Part shown: positions 61,721 to 64,000 of the stretch, piece by piece
How the letters are laid out: the number at the start of each line of letters is the position of its first letter
How positions within the stretch are numbered: position 1 is the first letter of the stretch
Source of the DNA: Leucoraja ocellata
Taxonomy: Eukaryota
Reading direction: 5' to 3'
Assembly (NCBI GenBank): GCA_036785375.1
Contig: JAWMAR010000070.1
Span: forward strand, 7,192,001-7,256,000
DNA length: 64,000 nt
Program-made: the position numbers and the translations under genes
Notes under the pieces: generated by a model
Databases searched by the model: none
Told to the model about the DNA's origin: nothing
What the model saw: the letters and a program-made list of their open reading frames with translations, nothing else

Positions 61721-62644
61721 ATGTCGGCGTCCCTGCGAGTCTCTACCAAGAAACAGTACTTGACCTACATCAGGAAATGGGAGCAGTACTGCTTGGATGC
61801 AGGGACATCATACAAGACAGCCTCGATCACGGACGTACTGGAATTCCTGGCCCACTTGCACCATGACCAAAAGATGAGCTACAGTGCCATCAATGCAGCA
61901 CGGAGCGCCCTGTCCGCTTACCTTATGCCTACAGGACATCACAGCATTGGATCCCACCCTCTGGTTATAAAACTCCTCAAAGGGATTTATAATACTAAAC
62001 CCCCTACACCCAGATACACCCATGTATGGGATGTAAGTGTAGTTTTGTCACACCTTAGAGGTTGGCCTCCGGTGGGATCCTTGAGTCTGGAGCAGTCCAC
62101 TCTCAAGACCCTCATGCTCATGGCGCTCGTCTCTGCACAAAGGGTTCAGTCGCTGCATCAACTAAGACTGGACAACATGGTAACCACCCCAGATTCCATT
62201 ACATCTACCATGCCGGGGTTGGTAAAACAAAGCAGGCCAGGTATGCCCAACTCTCCGTTAATCTTCCGGGCCTATCCTCCAGAACCTAGGCTGTGTGTAG
62301 TGACCCATCTATACAACTACGTAGACACAACCCAAACGCTTAGAGGGAGTGAAAAAGCCTTATGGGTCAGCCACAAAAAGCCTTTTGGACGGGTTACCAG
62401 CCAGACAATATCTAGGTGGTTGAAACAGGTCTTAAAAGCCGCGGGGATTAACACGGATGTTTTAAAATCCCATTCTACCAGGGCAGCGTCCACGTCAGCG
62501 GCGGAACGGATGCAGGTTCCCATAGACCACATCCTTAGTACAGCGGGATGGTCAAGGGAATCAACGTTCCGGAAATTCTACCACAAACCGCTGATGGAGA
62601 AGGACTTGTTTGCGGACAAAATTTTAGAATCTGCAAACTTATAA
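61721..62644 (+). CDS. DIRS tyrosine recombinase
   Basis: Catalytic R (SAQR), HSTR, GW and Y (FRKFY); first ATG 61721 in CACCACCATG context. Confidence 0.88.
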   Translation: MSASLRVSTKKQYLTYIRKWEQYCLDAGTSYKTASITDVLEFLAHLHHDQKMSYSAINAARSALSAYLMPTGHHSIGSHPLVIKLLKGIYNTKPPTPRYTHVWDVSVVLSHLRGWPPVGSLSLEQSTLKTLMLMALVSAQRVQSLHQLRLDNMVTTPDSITSTMPGLVKQSRPGMPNSPLIFRAYPPEPRLCVVTHLYNYVDTTQTLRGSEKALWVSHKKPFGRVTSQTISRWLKQVLKAAGINTDVLKSHSTRAASTSAAERMQVPIDHILSTAGWSRESTFRKFYHKPLMEKDLFADKILESANL

Positions 62645-64000
62645 TTTAAAGCCCAGGGGAGCTATTTTTGTTATTGTTAAATAAACAATTTTGTTTCAAA
62701 AAACTAACAAATTCGTTGGTCTTTAGATACCACTTCCTCCCTCGATGAACTTCGGCAGTGAGTGATATAGCTGTTACACGGTTTGAAATCACAGACCTTT
62801 GAAGTCTTCACGTAGTTACTCACGTGACTCCGAAGTAAAATAGTGAGATTAAACGAGTACTTACCAGTACCAAGTTTGATCTGTATTTTATGAGGAGTTA
62901 CGATGAGGGATTACGTGCCCTCCGCTCCCACCCTCGTTGTATAGATCAAACTCGAGCTGATGTCTCATTAATCTTTACTATCTTTACTTCAATATTGTGT
63001 CTACCTGTGATTCCACACCGCTGCTTGGAAGTATGCCGCGCCTGCGCACTGGGTGGGTTCTTCACGTAATCCCTCATCGTAACTCCTCATAAAATACAGA
63101 TCAAACTTCGTACTGGTAAGTACTCGTTTAATCTCACTATTCTCTGCCACAGAAGATATTTGAGGCCAGTCATTGGCTTTATTTAAGAAGGAGTTAGATG
63201 TGGCCCTTGTGGCTAAAGGGATCAGGGGGTATGGAGAGAAGGCAGGTACTGGATACTGAGTCGGATGATCAGCCATGATCATGTTGAATGGCGGTGCAGG
63301 CTCGAAGGGCCGAATGACCTCCCCCTGCACCTATTGTCTATTGTCTATTGTCTATTGTCTATTGAGATAGGAAACATTTAAAGATACAAGTGCAGGCAGT
63401 TACAATCGTTACTGTGCTGTACTGTTCCATGTTCCATGGCCTACTCCTGCACCTAATTTCTATGTTTCTATGTTTCAATGAGAGCCAGATAGGGTAGACA
63501 GTCAGAACCAATTTGCGCAGAGTGGAAATGCCAAAGACTAGAGGGCATCGCTTTAGGGTAGGAGGCTTTCAAGAGAGAGTTAGATAGAGCTCTTAAATAT
63601 AGCGGAGTCAAGGGATATGGGGAGAAGGCAAGAATGGGGTACCGATTGTGGATGGCGGTGATCACAGTGAATGGCGGTGCAGGCTCGAAGGGCCGAATGG
63701 CCAACTCCTGCACCTATTGTCTATTGTCCATTGAGATAGGAAAAATTTAAAGATGTGCGGGACACAGAGGGTGGTGGGTGCCTGGAACACAATGCTGTGG
63801 GTGGTGGAGGCAGATACAATAGTTCAGAGTCTTTATCTAAAAGATCTCATGGACATGCAGGGAATTGAGATTATGGATCAGGTGCAGGCAGAGGAGATTA
63901 GCTGAACTTGGCATCATGTTCAGCACGGACCTTGTGGGCCGAAGGGCCTGTTCCTGTGCTGTTCCATGTTCTATGTTACATCATCTTCTCAATCACATCT

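Larger units (their letters stand above)
58333..63141 (+). mobile_element. Near full-length DIRS1-type tyrosine-recombinase retrotransposon
   Basis: Inverted terminal repeats (about 58357-58405 versus 63014-63068); internal complementary region 62805-62917; gag, RT, RNaseH/methyltransferase and YR ORFs; inserted in a CR1 at GGA-ATT-CTC with ATT on both sides. Confidence 0.95.

Overview
Repeat-rich vertebrate genomic DNA, most likely from a cartilaginous fish (skate/ray-type HE1 SINEs and CR1/HER1 LINEs with (TTTCTATG)n tails; the taxon is an inference). The main content is a tandem and inverted array of eight paralogous genes encoding small secreted proteins. Each has a signal peptide, a short pro-segment ending in R-x-x-R, and one V-set immunoglobulin domain with two extra cysteines, with no transmembrane or constant domain. 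There are two subfamilies. A lies on the + strand (A1 553-1092, A2 7138-7674, frameshifted A3 15103-15652, A4 42052-42591) and is roughly neutral to acidic and N-glycosylatable. B lies on the - strand (B1 21113-21628, B2 37926-38438, B3 51516-52031, B4 56088-56603) and is strongly basic. All share a nearly identical 5' cassette: a TATA promoter with a perfect ER-stress element CCAAT-N9-CCACG, a non-coding exon 1, intron ends and the leader. The Ig domains, in contrast, diverge sharply, with replacements clustered in CDR-equivalent loops. This looks like a germline-diversified, non-rearranging repertoire of secreted single-V-domain proteins that I cannot assign to a named family. The rest of the window is transposable elements: a near-complete DIRS1 element (58333-63141), a class I-like ERV with 667-bp LTRs and nested CR1 and DNA-transposon insertions (24519-33444), two copies of a decayed Gypsy element, Rex1/Babar, many CR1 and SINE fragments, palindromic Penelope-like repeats and Helitron-like ends. 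All alignments and counts were done by eye.
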